35,636 bases of DNA from Dehalococcoidia bacterium. GTDB taxonomy: Bacteria; Chloroflexota; Dehalococcoidia; Lucifugimonadales; Lucifugimonadaceae. Numbering within the stretch: the first letter of the stretch is position 1; each line of letters begins with the position of its first letter. A program made the translations under genes and the position numbers. The stretch is taken from positions 1 through 35,636 of the forward strand of contig JANQEF010000145.1 in assembly GCA_028278465.1 (NCBI GenBank). Direction: 5' to 3'. Positions 1-8,442 of the stretch are shown piece by piece. Below the pieces are notes generated by a model. The model was not told the origin of the DNA. It searched no databases and was given only the letters and a program-made list of their open reading frames with translations.

Positions 1-317
1 CCGAACGCGCCGCAGATCGCCTCTACCATCGGGATCTGCTCGTGCAGCTCTGGATCGGTCGGAGGCCGCTGCGCCTTGTACTGCTCGAACATCTCGTCAC
101 GGAAGGTGGGCGCGCTGGTGTCGAAGGTCAGCACAACGTGCGTCGGCTTCTGTTCGCGGAGCGTGCGCAGGAAGGTGGTTAGCCAACCATAGGCACCACG
201 CGTGTCCTGGCCGGAAGATGTGCTCAGCCGCTCAGGGATGGCGAACCACGCCCGGAACACCATCGAGTGGCCGTCCATCACGAGGAGCAGAGGCTTCTTT
301 GTTGAACTGGAGGGCAT
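1..317 (-). CDS. polA: DNA polymerase I / 5'-3' exonuclease, N-terminal fragment (continues beyond window start)
   Basis: The reverse complement from ATG (315-317) reads MPSSSTKKPLLLVMDGHSMVFRAWFAIPERL...GAYGWLTTFLRTLREQKPTHVVLTFDTSAPTFRDEMFEQYKAQRPPTDPEL. This matches the conserved Pol I 5'-3' exonuclease N-domain pattern (VDG-S-AFRA-FA, FD-TFR-Y-YKA-R). It is absent from the ORF track because it runs off the window edge. Full Pol I cannot be distinguished from a stand-alone FEN-like exonuclease. Confidence 0.75.
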   Translation of the reverse strand, partial: MPSSSTKKPLLLVMDGHSMVFRAWFAIPERLSTSSGQDTRGAYGWLTTFLRTLREQKPTHVVLTFDTSAPTFRDEMFEQYKAQRPPTDPELHEQIPMVEAICGAF

Positions 318-393
318 GTTTCCGGCGATCTACCTTCACCGCTGGTCGTAGAGTTCGCCGATTATAGCTGCCGACGTATCTCGCTATCGTCTA

Positions 394-440
394 TTGACGA
401 TATACCTAGGATACCTATATATTACTAAGCGAGGTATCTA
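394..440 (+). promoter_or_regulatory. Candidate sigma70-type promoter plus repeat operator upstream of the PadR-ArsM pair
   Basis: AT-rich island in GC-rich DNA. TTGACG lies at 394-399, TATATA/TATATT at about 416-423 (16-18 nt spacer) and a GAGG Shine-Dalgarno (SD) at 431-434. ATACCTA is a direct repeat (402-408, 411-417). Inverted arms GATACCT (410-416) and AGGTATC (432-438) bracket the -10/start region. Motif reading only. Confidence 0.4.
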
Positions 441-862
441 TGGTCACGACTTCACACCAGATGACAGAGACGGCCTACTGGCAGTCGCTGAACAGGAAGA
501 GCCTGCTGCGCTTCTTCCTGTTCTCGGCGCTGGCTGAGCGGCCGATGCACGGATACGAGCTCGCGGACGCCGTCTCGGTGTGCTGCGACGGTGTGCGGCC
601 GACCGATGCCATGATCTACCCGACCCTCAAGGAGCTGGAGAAGAACGGCTACATCGTCTGCGAGATGGAGTCGACCGGTGAGCGCAAGCGGAAGGTCTGC
701 TCGCTGACGGACAAGGGTCGGACGGCGTTCAGGTCGGCTGCGCAGGCTTGGACGCAGGCGCTGCCGCAGATCGAGTCCGCTATCCATTCGGCCGGAGTGA
801 CCGAGTGCTGCGACACTCGGGAGCAGTGGCAAGAGATCGATATGAAAGGCGTTGCGAGATGA
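440..862 (+). CDS. PadR-family transcriptional regulator (winged helix) with vicinal Cys pairs
   Basis: 140 aa. The PadR signature is MHGYELADAV...IYPTLKELEKNGYIV...RKVCSLTDKGR. The stop TGA (860-862) overlaps the downstream ATG (859-861) as ATGA. Cys48-Cys49, Cys74, Cys87 and Cys123-Cys124 are present. Confidence 0.8.
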   Translation: MVTTSHQMTETAYWQSLNRKSLLRFFLFSALAERPMHGYELADAVSVCCDGVRPTDAMIYPTLKELEKNGYIVCEMESTGERKRKVCSLTDKGRTAFRSAAQAWTQALPQIESAIHSAGVTECCDTREQWQEIDMKGVAR

Positions 863-1701
863 AGTCTTTGGACGATGTCCAGGTCATTCAGAGTGGCTCG
901 ACCGGCTGCGGCGGAGGCAACTGCGGCTGCGGCGGAGATGCATCGGTACTGCAGTCGACCGATCTGACCGGCGCCATCCAGGAGCGGTACAGCGAGGTCG
1001 CAAGGCGTGGCGCAGAGAACGAGGTGATCGACACCTCATGCTGCAGCAATGCCACGGCGCTCTACTCGGAGTCGAGCCTTCAGAACGTCACGCCAGAGGC
1101 GGCCGGAGCTTCGGCAGGCTGCGGAAACCCGGTCGGCATCGCCGAGGTGAAGCCGGGAGAGACGGTGCTGGACCTCGGGAGCGGCGGTGGTATCGACTGC
1201 TTCCTTGCGGCGCAGGCGACGGGCGAAGAGGGCCACGTGTATGGCGTGGATATGACTCACGAGATGCTTAAGCTTGCTCGTTCGAACGCCGAGAAGCTGG
1301 ACGCGCAGAACGTCACGTTTCTGCTTGGCAAGATCGAGGCGGTCCCGCTGCCTGACGAAGCGGTCGACCTGGTGATCTCGAACTGCGTGATCGCGCTAGC
1401 GCCGGACAAGCAGCTGGTCTTCGATGAGATCTACCGCGTGCTGAAGCCCGGCGGCAGGTTCGTGGTCTCGGACATCGTCTCAACTACTGAGCTTCCAGAG
1501 GACGCGCGGCAGGATATGGCTGAATGGGTGGCGTGCATCGGCGGCGCCGATCTGCAGTCTCGCTACATGGATCGGATCGCAGGCACCGGCTTCGAACAGA
1601 CAGAGGTCGTGGCGGAGGAGCAGTTCAGCTCAGACAACAGCGAAGATCAGTGGCGCGCATCGCTGCGCAGCGTGACGGTGAGGGCGTTCAAGCCGGCCTA
1701 A
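859..1701 (+). CDS. arsM: Arsenite S-adenosylmethionine methyltransferase (ArsM/AS3MT family)
   Basis: The track ORF 748-1701 is trimmed to the ATG at 859, same frame, ATGA-coupled to the PadR stop. It matches remembered ArsM sequences closely: SCC...ALY, AGCGNP, ETVLDLGSGGGID, YGVDMTHEML, VISNCVIALAPDK, RVLKPGGRFVVSD, WVACIGGA. The conserved As(III)-binding cysteine positions are present. There is an extra N-terminal GCGGGNCGCGG stretch. Confidence 0.85.
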   Translation: MKSLDDVQVIQSGSTGCGGGNCGCGGDASVLQSTDLTGAIQERYSEVARRGAENEVIDTSCCSNATALYSESSLQNVTPEAAGASAGCGNPVGIAEVKPGETVLDLGSGGGIDCFLAAQATGEEGHVYGVDMTHEMLKLARSNAEKLDAQNVTFLLGKIEAVPLPDEAVDLVISNCVIALAPDKQLVFDEIYRVLKPGGRFVVSDIVSTTELPEDARQDMAEWVACIGGADLQSRYMDRIAGTGFEQTEVVAEEQFSSDNSEDQWRASLRSVTVRAFKPA

Positions 1702-1719
1702 ACAGCGTTAACGGCCCAG

Positions 1720-2406
1720 CTAGTCCGGCTTCCAGGCCGTGATGTACGACATCGGCCCGCCTCGGAGCAGCCGCCATGAGGTGTCGGGATGCATGGGCGT
1801 GCTGAGTGATACGGCTTTCATGCCCGCTCGCAGCACCGCTCGACGGGCGTGGAACATCCGCAGGTGCAGCACCTCCTGTTCGGAGCCACCTGAGAGCGGT
1901 CTCCGCGCCCAACCTCTCCACCATGTGACGCCCGGCGGAGCGAAGGGCAACCTGCTCATGCGGCCGAACCACAACATCGCCGCGCAGCCCGGCTTCAGCA
2001 CGCGGCTGATCTCCAACACGAGCGACTCGAAGGCGGCAAGGTCCGGAAGCCGGATGATCCCGTTCAGTGAGTAGATGAAGTCCAGCGACTCGTCTTCGAA
2101 CGGAAGCAGCCGGTTCTCGTTCGCCTGCTCAAACCGAACGTCGGCGGAACAGGCACGCGTTTCCTCGGCTGCTGTGGCTTCGTCGTCAACGTCGTCCAGG
2201 CCAACACCTGTGACACTGCCGAAGAAGCTCGCTGCCGCACAGAGCAACCGTCCATCGCCGAAGCCGATCTCGGCAGCCTGGGCAGTACTCGGCTTCCGAA
2301 TGAGACGCTCGATCGTTGGCGTGATGATCCGCCCGGAGAACTCCCAGAACGCGGCGTGACTATCTCTGTTCATGGGTTGAAATGCACCCAGCGGACTCGA
2401 CCCCAT
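1720..2406 (-). CDS. Class I SAM-dependent methyltransferase (specific function unknown)
   Basis: 228 aa. Motif I-like AEIGFGDGRLL, acidic loop GVGLDD, and post-motif FDFIYSLNGI...VLKPGCAAMLWF. It lies 6 nt downstream of the SDR gene on the same strand. Confidence 0.6.
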   Translation of the reverse strand: MGSSPLGAFQPMNRDSHAAFWEFSGRIITPTIERLIRKPSTAQAAEIGFGDGRLLCAAASFFGSVTGVGLDDVDDEATAAEETRACSADVRFEQANENRLLPFEDESLDFIYSLNGIIRLPDLAAFESLVLEISRVLKPGCAAMLWFGRMSRLPFAPPGVTWWRGWARRPLSGGSEQEVLHLRMFHARRAVLRAGMKAVSLSTPMHPDTSWRLLRGGPMSYITAWKPD

Positions 2407-2412
2407 GGCGCC

Positions 2413-3192
2413 CTACCAGACGCTGTAACCGCCATCGACCGGGATCGCTGTGCCAGTAACGAAATCGGAAGCACTGCTCGCCAGAAACACGGCGGTGCCG
2501 CCGAGGTCCACCGGCTCTCCCCATCGGCCGGCGGGCGTCCTGCCGACGATCATGGCGTAGCGATCCGGGAACGCCTCTTTGAACTGGTTCGTCATCTCGG
2601 TGACTATCCAGCCGGGCAGGACGGCGTTCACCTGCACGTTGTCCTTTGCCCACGCCACGGCACAGCTCTTCGTGTACTGCACTACGCCGCCCTTGCTCGC
2701 CGCGTACGCCGGAGCGTAAGCCGTCCCAAAGATCGACATCATCGACCCGATGTTGATGATCTTGCCGCGGCCTCGCTCCTTCATGTGCGGGAACGCAACC
2801 GATGTCGCGGTGTGGATGCTGGTCAGGTTGACGTCGATGACATGTTGCCAGTCCTCGTCTGAGAGCAGGTGAGGCTCGTCAGCCCGCCTGTTGACGCCGG
2901 CGTTGTTGACGAGGATGTCGAGGCCGCCGAACTCACTGACGATCTCTCCGACCGCTGCCTCCACTGCGCCGCGATCGGTGACATCGCAGTTCAGCGACTG
3001 CACCCTGCCGGAGCCCGCGACCTCTTCCAGTTCCGCCAGCGCAGAATCGAGCTTCGCCTGGCTGCGTCCGATGATGGCAACCGCGGCGCCGTGCTGAACA
3101 AAGGCCTTCGCCATTCCCAGGCCGATGCCACCGTTGCCGCCGGTCACGCACGCCACCCTTCCGGACAGGTCGAACAAACCGTTTTCGGCCAT
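2413..3192 (-). CDS. SDR-family oxidoreductase (FabG/gluconate 5-dehydrogenase-like)
   Basis: 259 aa. VTGGNGGIGLG cofactor motif, NNAG, catalytic YAASKGG, and PGWIVTEM. Confidence 0.85.
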   Translation of the reverse strand: MAENGLFDLSGRVACVTGGNGGIGLGMAKAFVQHGAAVAIIGRSQAKLDSALAELEEVAGSGRVQSLNCDVTDRGAVEAAVGEIVSEFGGLDILVNNAGVNRRADEPHLLSDEDWQHVIDVNLTSIHTATSVAFPHMKERGRGKIINIGSMMSIFGTAYAPAYAASKGGVVQYTKSCAVAWAKDNVQVNAVLPGWIVTEMTNQFKEAFPDRYAMIVGRTPAGRWGEPVDLGGTAVFLASSASDFVTGTAIPVDGGYSVW

Positions 3193-3351
3193 GAGCTACT
3201 CCGTGACTGCTGCGTCGAGTGACGTGAACGCCGTTGCGCCGGCCGGGATTATCTCAGATTCGGCTCGGTCCGCCGGAATCTCGCCTAAAATGCCCGCAGC
3301 AACCCACGATTGGACCGCGGCCAGCCGCGTCCGCCCGCCACAGGACGGCAC

Positions 3352-4581
3352 ATGGAACTACCGATTGCGCCCGGAACGCCCGAAGCTCTCAAGGGCATGA
3401 AGGTTCTTGACTGCAGCCAGATCCTGGCCGGCCCGTTCTGCAGCATGCTGCTTGCCGACATGGGCGCGGACGTCGTGAAGATAGAGAAGCCGACGGGCGG
3501 TGACGACACCCGGCGCATGGGTCCGCCGTTCATCGGCGGCGAGTCCGCCGCCTTCATGGCCATGAACCGCAACAAGCGGAGCGCGGTGCTGAATTTCAAG
3601 GAGCCCGCTGGCGTCGAGGCGATGAAACGGCTGGTCAAAGACGCCGATGTGGTGATCGAGAACTACCGCTCGGGCGTGATGGAGCGCCTGGGCCTCGACT
3701 ACAAGACGCTTTCGGAGATCAGGCCAGAGTTGATCTACTGCTCGATCTCCGGCTTCGGCAGGACAGGGCCTTATGCGAAGCGGGCAGGTTTTGACCTCGT
3801 TGCGCAGGGCATGAGCGGCCTCATGAGCTTCACCGGCGTGCCCGGGTCGCCGCCGGTCAAGGTTGGCGTCCCGATGGCCGACATGAACGCCGGGATGTTC
3901 GCCACTTACGGGATCCTGTCCGCCTACATCAACCGGCTCAAGACGGGCAAAGGACAGTACCTGGAGGTGTCGCTGGTCGAGGCGGCGTTGGCCTACACCG
4001 TGTGGGAGTCGAGCAGCTTCTTTGCCACAGACATCGTGCCGGGACCGCTTGGCTCGGCGCACCGGCTGTCCGCGCCGTACCAGGCTCTGCAGACCGCCGA
4101 CGGCTTCATCAACATCGGTGCGCCGAACCAGTCGAACTTCGAGCGGCTGTGCAGGGCGATAGGCCGTGAAGAGCTGATCGAAAAGGACGAATACAAAGAC
4201 AACGCCAGCCGGCTGGCGCATCGCGAAGAGCTTGAAAAGGACCTGGAAGACACGTTCACGCAACACCCGCGCAGCCACTGGCTGGATGTCCTCGAAAGAG
4301 AGGGCGTCCCGGCGGGTCCGATACTCGACATGGGCGAGGTGTGGTCAGACCCTCAGCTGATCGACCGCGGCATGGACGCGACAGTTGATCACCCAACAGC
4401 AGGCGAGGTGCACAACATCGGGCTCGCGGCGAAGCTGTACGGCACGCCGGGCAAGATCTACGGACCGTCGCCGCTTCTTGGCGAGCACACGGAAGAGGTG
4501 CTGCAAGAGGCCGGATACGGCGCCGACGAGATCGCCAAGCTCACAGCTTCCGGCGCGGCGAGCGCCGGCAAGACCAGCTAA
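3352..4581 (+). CDS. Family III CoA-transferase (CaiB/BaiF type)
   Basis: The track ORF 3310-4581 is trimmed to the ATG at 3352, preceded by AGGACGG. LKGMKVLDCSQILAGPFCSMLLADMGADVVKIEKP, VIENYRSG and GFDLVAQGMSGLMS are typical of this family. The exact start is uncertain. Confidence 0.85.
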   Translation: MELPIAPGTPEALKGMKVLDCSQILAGPFCSMLLADMGADVVKIEKPTGGDDTRRMGPPFIGGESAAFMAMNRNKRSAVLNFKEPAGVEAMKRLVKDADVVIENYRSGVMERLGLDYKTLSEIRPELIYCSISGFGRTGPYAKRAGFDLVAQGMSGLMSFTGVPGSPPVKVGVPMADMNAGMFATYGILSAYINRLKTGKGQYLEVSLVEAALAYTVWESSSFFATDIVPGPLGSAHRLSAPYQALQTADGFINIGAPNQSNFERLCRAIGREELIEKDEYKDNASRLAHREELEKDLEDTFTQHPRSHWLDVLEREGVPAGPILDMGEVWSDPQLIDRGMDATVDHPTAGEVHNIGLAAKLYGTPGKIYGPSPLLGEHTEEVLQEAGYGADEIAKLTASGAASAGKTS

Positions 4582-4585
4582 CTGC

Positions 4586-4843
4586 CTATCGTGACCGTCG
4601 ACGCGTCCCTCCGGCTCGCTTCCGTTTACGGCCTGAGCGCCACGACAGGTAGATCAGCCCGAGGATGATGACACCGATGCCGCCGAAGATGGCGAGTTCA
4701 TCGAAGCCAGCGACGCCCGCGCCGTGAAGCAGCACCGAAGGCAAGACGCCGACCGATAGCATCGCGCCACCACCGTGCAGGCTCGCCCCTTCTCCGATGA
4801 CCTGTTCAGATCTGCCGGTCCGTTTTCGCAGATTCAGCTTCAT
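4586..4843 (-). CDS. Small hypothetical membrane protein (C-terminal TM helix plus polybasic tail)
   Basis: 85 aa. Its ATG overlaps the upstream gene stop (ATGA, 4840-4843). Hydrophobic LAIFGGIGVIILGLIYLSW is followed by RSGRKRKRAGGTRRRSR. No family was recognised. Confidence 0.4.
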   Translation of the reverse strand: MKLNLRKRTGRSEQVIGEGASLHGGGAMLSVGVLPSVLLHGAGVAGFDELAIFGGIGVIILGLIYLSWRSGRKRKRAGGTRRRSR

Positions 4844-5838
4844 GCCTTCCGCCTCGCGACCATCAAGCCGTAGCCGCCGATCCCTGCTCCAGCAAGGCCA
4901 AGCACGACCCCGATGATGCCGATGATCAGCGCAGTCGACGCCGCGCCGTCTGCGTCGTCCGCTAGCTGTCCTGTAGACGCCAGGTCGGACTGTACGCCCT
5001 CCAGCGCGCTCTGCAACTCCCTCGACTCCCGCAGCTCGATCGGGAACTGAATCGTCCTCGAAGGCACCACTTCGTCGAACGTGTTCGGCCCTGAGGTGAA
5101 CGATTCGTCGAACGGCTCGCCGTCTATCTCGCCGAAGAACCTGAAGGTGTATGCGCCCGGCGCGGTCGGGATGAAGTCGGCCAGATATGCGCCGGGGTCG
5201 TCGACCAGCGGACGCAGGTCCATCGTGCGCTGCTCACCTGTCGGCACATGCGTCACTTCGACCTGCAGCGCCGCCGACGCACCTGTGACCGGCTCTCCGG
5301 AGACGTGTCCGGCGCCACCTTCGTGCGAGTGACCGTCACCTTCATCATGCAACCCACTGATGACCGTCATTACGGCGTCGGGTGAGGTGTTCATGAACAT
5401 CACCGTGGTGCCGGGCTGTACCGCCAGTTCCGATGGCGAAAAGCCGCTGTCGAACTGCACCATCACCGTGCCCGACATCTCGGCGCCGTGCGCGACGGTG
5501 ACCGTTCCGGACTCACCGGTCAGGTGATCGTGAAACGGGATCTCGAGGTCGTTGAGCCGCTCGCCGAACTCGAACTCGTAGCTGCCTTCCGCCTCAACGG
5601 TCCCAGATGCGAAAAGCGCGCCGTGGGTCATGATGTCCACAGTTGGACGGGTGATCTTGATGAATGCGCCGTTTGGCTGCGCCTCGAACGCCGGCTCGTT
5701 GAGGAAGCCCACCTCCAGCTCAAAGTCGCCGACCTCGCGGTCTTCGTGCGCGTTCACAGCCAGCTGCAGGCTCAGCAGAACTGCGAGGGCGGCAATGACT
5801 GGAACGAATCTACGGAAAGCTATTTGGGATCTGTACAT
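4840..5838 (-). CDS. Exported, C-terminally anchored hypothetical protein with cupredoxin-like segment and His-rich loop (possible metal binding)
   Basis: 332 aa. Signal peptide FVPVIAALAVLLSLQLAVNA, then HEDREVG, so the predicted mature N-terminus is His. ELAVQPGTTVMFMNTSPDAVMTVISG resembles a cupredoxin strand pattern but lacks the usual His. His-rich loop HDEGDGHSHEGGAGH. C-terminal TM helix plus RRKA. Confidence 0.55.
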   Translation of the reverse strand: MYRSQIAFRRFVPVIAALAVLLSLQLAVNAHEDREVGDFELEVGFLNEPAFEAQPNGAFIKITRPTVDIMTHGALFASGTVEAEGSYEFEFGERLNDLEIPFHDHLTGESGTVTVAHGAEMSGTVMVQFDSGFSPSELAVQPGTTVMFMNTSPDAVMTVISGLHDEGDGHSHEGGAGHVSGEPVTGASAALQVEVTHVPTGEQRTMDLRPLVDDPGAYLADFIPTAPGAYTFRFFGEIDGEPFDESFTSGPNTFDEVVPSRTIQFPIELRESRELQSALEGVQSDLASTGQLADDADGAASTALIIGIIGVVLGLAGAGIGGYGLMVARRKA

Positions 5839-5910
5839 CTCAGACTCCTGAACGGTGTGGATCGGGAGCGGCTGCGCGAGTGGGCGCGCCGCGTTCGATA
5901 CGGAAAACGC

Positions 5911-6321
5911 TCAGGAAAGTCGTGGCGGCTGATCGGGTACAGCCGAGAAGGGATCTGATCTATCCGTCTCAGCGACCTGCAACAGCGACGTAGTTGTGAG
6001 TTTCACGGCGCCGAACGAGGCGCCTGAAGCACCGCTGTGAACCGCCGACTGCGCAGAGTCCGAGTAGTGGCTGCCGGTGTTGACCACGTCGTGCTCAGAC
6101 TCGCCATCTGCCGCGTGGCTGTGGTTCGCGGCAGCCTCCGGCGTCAGGAAGACGTGCGAATGAGTCGGTGAAAGACTGTGTACGTCTTCGGAAATCGCTG
6201 GACCTGCGGACACCATGAGCAGAGACAGCACCGCCAGGATCGCAGTTGCGGAGAAGACGCGCTCGCGAAGCCTCGCAGAGTCGACGGCGATGTGGCAGAT
6301 GCGGTTCATCGTTCGGAACAT
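5911..6321 (-). CDS. Hypothetical exported/anchored His-rich protein
   Basis: 136 aa. N-terminal hydrophobic segment ATAILAVLSLLMVSAG. Repeated HSH motifs (THSHV, NHSHA) plus SEHD, GSHY and VHSG. No family was recognised. Confidence 0.45.
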   Translation of the reverse strand: MFRTMNRICHIAVDSARLRERVFSATAILAVLSLLMVSAGPAISEDVHSLSPTHSHVFLTPEAAANHSHAADGESEHDVVNTGSHYSDSAQSAVHSGASGASFGAVKLTTTSLLQVAETDRSDPFSAVPDQPPRLS

Positions 6322-6403
6322 GTCGAGAAAGAGTACGTATCGAAGGCGCAGTCAGACCTGATGCCGCATAGCGCTTGCGTGATGAAATCCCGCCTGAACC
6401 GGT

Positions 6404-7267
6404 CTAGTACTCGCCTTCCCGGGCGGGCCTGTAAGCAGTCTGGAGAGTCCGCAGATCGAACTCCTGCGGGCGCTCACCCATCGCGTACTCGTACAGCGCA
6501 GCCTTGAAGATGCCCTCGAGCGCCTGCACCACTGCCATGGCAAACCCGACGGTGATCAGGCCGACGACGATTCCGGCGACCGGCACGACCAGTCCGATCA
6601 GGAACGCAGGGATCGCCGCGATCAGGACCGCGATCACGTAGACGATGAAGAAGCCGAAGTTGGCGGTGATCTGTCTGCCCCACGTCTTGCGAACGAGACT
6701 CATCGAACGCCGGACGGCGCCGAACGGCCCCACGTTTTCAGAGACCAGGATCGGCACGACGAAGAAGGTCAGGAACTCCCAGACGCCGCCGACGATGTCG
6801 AGCAGTATGCGGCCGAAGGCGTTTCTCTGGTTGGCGCGCGCAAGCTGCAGGATCAGGCTCACGCTGGCGGTGATGATGGCCCAGCCGAGGATCGTGTGAA
6901 TGTGGGCCAGAGCATGGCTCAGCCCTGAGCTCACGTTGGGATCGCCGCCGCGCAGTCGCTCGAGCGCGGCAGAGACGAGCGCTGCGTTGAAGAAGATTGT
7001 CACGAAGTAGACAAGGAAGAAGGCGACGACGATCAGCACAACGTCGCCACCCTGCACCGACTCAGCCGCCTCTCCGGCGTTGGTCGCGGTGCTTTCAGAG
7101 AGCCGGTCAATGGCACCGGTAGCCGAACCGATGGCAAAGAGAAGGCCGATTACGATGGCGACACCGATCGCCGAGAACACCGGAAACCACAGTAGCTCCC
7201 GGTCCTTTTTCAGGACTCCCCAGCTCGTCTTCATCAGTTCGAACGTGTGACCGATGGTGCTGAACAT
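6404..7267 (-). CDS. Multi-pass membrane protein, DUF6159-like
   Basis: The track ORF 6404-7315 is trimmed to the ATG at 7265-7267 (MFSTIGHTFELMKTSWGVLKKDRELLWFPVFS), preceded by GAAAGAGAG. Several hydrophobic helices. The N-terminus resembles my recollection of DUF6159 proteins. Confidence 0.6.
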   Translation of the reverse strand: MFSTIGHTFELMKTSWGVLKKDRELLWFPVFSAIGVAIVIGLLFAIGSATGAIDRLSESTATNAGEAAESVQGGDVVLIVVAFFLVYFVTIFFNAALVSAALERLRGGDPNVSSGLSHALAHIHTILGWAIITASVSLILQLARANQRNAFGRILLDIVGGVWEFLTFFVVPILVSENVGPFGAVRRSMSLVRKTWGRQITANFGFFIVYVIAVLIAAIPAFLIGLVVPVAGIVVGLITVGFAMAVVQALEGIFKAALYEYAMGERPQEFDLRTLQTAYRPAREGEY

Positions 7268-7368
7268 TGCGCTCTCTTTCGTCCGTCGCCGAGCGGGTAC
7301 ATAATCGCACCGCACGCCACTGGCTTACTTGAACTCAATTCTACAGACGTGCGGAAAAACTCACATAT

Positions 7369-8433
7369 ATGAGCAAGATCAGGGTCGGCTTCATCGGCGC
7401 AGGCAGGATATCGACACTTCACGCGCTGGCGTACGAAGACAACCCCACAGGGGAACTGGTGGCCGTGGCCGACACGGATGCCGATCGCGCGGCCAGCCAG
7501 GCGGCTGCGTGGGGCGCTGGAACTGCCTACTCCGACTACAGGGAGATGCTGGAGTCGCCAGACATAGACGCGGTCGAGATTCTGCTTCCGCACAACCTGC
7601 ATCTGCCGGTGACGCTTGAGGCGCTCAAGGCCGGAAAACATGTGTCGTTGCAGAAGCCGATGTGCCTGGACATGGATGAGGCGCGACAGATTATCGAGGC
7701 GGCGGACCGCGCCGATGTCACGTTCAGGATGGTCGAGAACTACAGGACATACGAGCCGTACGAGCGTGCGAAGAGCATGCTGGAAGCCGGTGAGATCGGC
7801 GACCCGATCGGCATGCGTGTGAAGACGGTTCACGGGCTCGGCAAAGGCGGATGGCAGATCCCGAGCACGGCTATGGCGTGGCGGGCAGACCCGGCTGTGG
7901 CAGGCGCGGCAAACTCGATCCATGACTACGGCGCGCACATCACCTCGATCATCCCGTTCTTCCTCGGCGAGGTTGAGAAGGTGCATGCGATGGCCGACCT
8001 CTCGGCCGGCGCCAACAGGTTCACCGGATCGCGTTCGGTGATCACGTGGAAACAGGCCGGCAGCGATGTGTTCGGCACGTGGGATATGAACGAATCACAG
8101 GAGTTCGTGATCGAGTCGGACTACTACCCTGTCGATGAGTGGGTCGAGATCACGGGCACTCGCGGGATTCTCTGGCTGACGCGCTGTACGGCGCGCATGG
8201 CAGACCTGCCGCCGCTGATGATGTTCCGTGAAGGCAAGACGCAGTCGTTCGAGGACATGGAGACCGACTGGGGTGATAGCTTCCGGCGCGCCGGTCACGA
8301 GTTCACGAACGGGATCACGGCTGGCACGCAGCCGCAACTGACCGCCAGGGAAGCAGCCCACACACTGGCGATCAGCCTCGCTGCGGTGAAAAGCGCGGTC
8401 GAGCACCGTGAGGTCTCGATCAGCGAGCTGTGA
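7369..8433 (+). CDS. Gfo/Idh/MocA-family NAD(P)-dependent oxidoreductase
   Basis: 354 aa. IRVGFIGAGRIS Rossmann start, VAVADTD, DIDAVEILLPHNLH, and LKAGKHVSLQKPM. Confidence 0.85.
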   Translation: MSKIRVGFIGAGRISTLHALAYEDNPTGELVAVADTDADRAASQAAAWGAGTAYSDYREMLESPDIDAVEILLPHNLHLPVTLEALKAGKHVSLQKPMCLDMDEARQIIEAADRADVTFRMVENYRTYEPYERAKSMLEAGEIGDPIGMRVKTVHGLGKGGWQIPSTAMAWRADPAVAGAANSIHDYGAHITSIIPFFLGEVEKVHAMADLSAGANRFTGSRSVITWKQAGSDVFGTWDMNESQEFVIESDYYPVDEWVEITGTRGILWLTRCTARMADLPPLMMFREGKTQSFEDMETDWGDSFRRAGHEFTNGITAGTQPQLTAREAAHTLAISLAAVKSAVEHREVSISEL

Positions 8434-8442
8434 GGCGGGGCG

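Noticed and set aside
748-858. 5' extensions of track ORFs (748-858 for arsM, 3310-3351 for the CoA-transferase, 7268-7315, 10676-10729, 11668-11763, 27115-27246, 30358-30420, 31882-31923, 32220-32360 and 33650-33670)
   Set aside because: The extended parts overlap the upstream gene and translate to Arg/Ser/Pro-rich sequence absent from the families. Internal starts give canonical N-termini and normal operon spacing or ATGA/TAATG coupling.
3256-3281. Imperfect inverted repeat AGATTCGG / CCGGAATCT in the SDR/CoA-transferase divergent region
   Set aside because: The arms differ by an indel, no adjacent regulator gene is present, and chance occurrence is likely.
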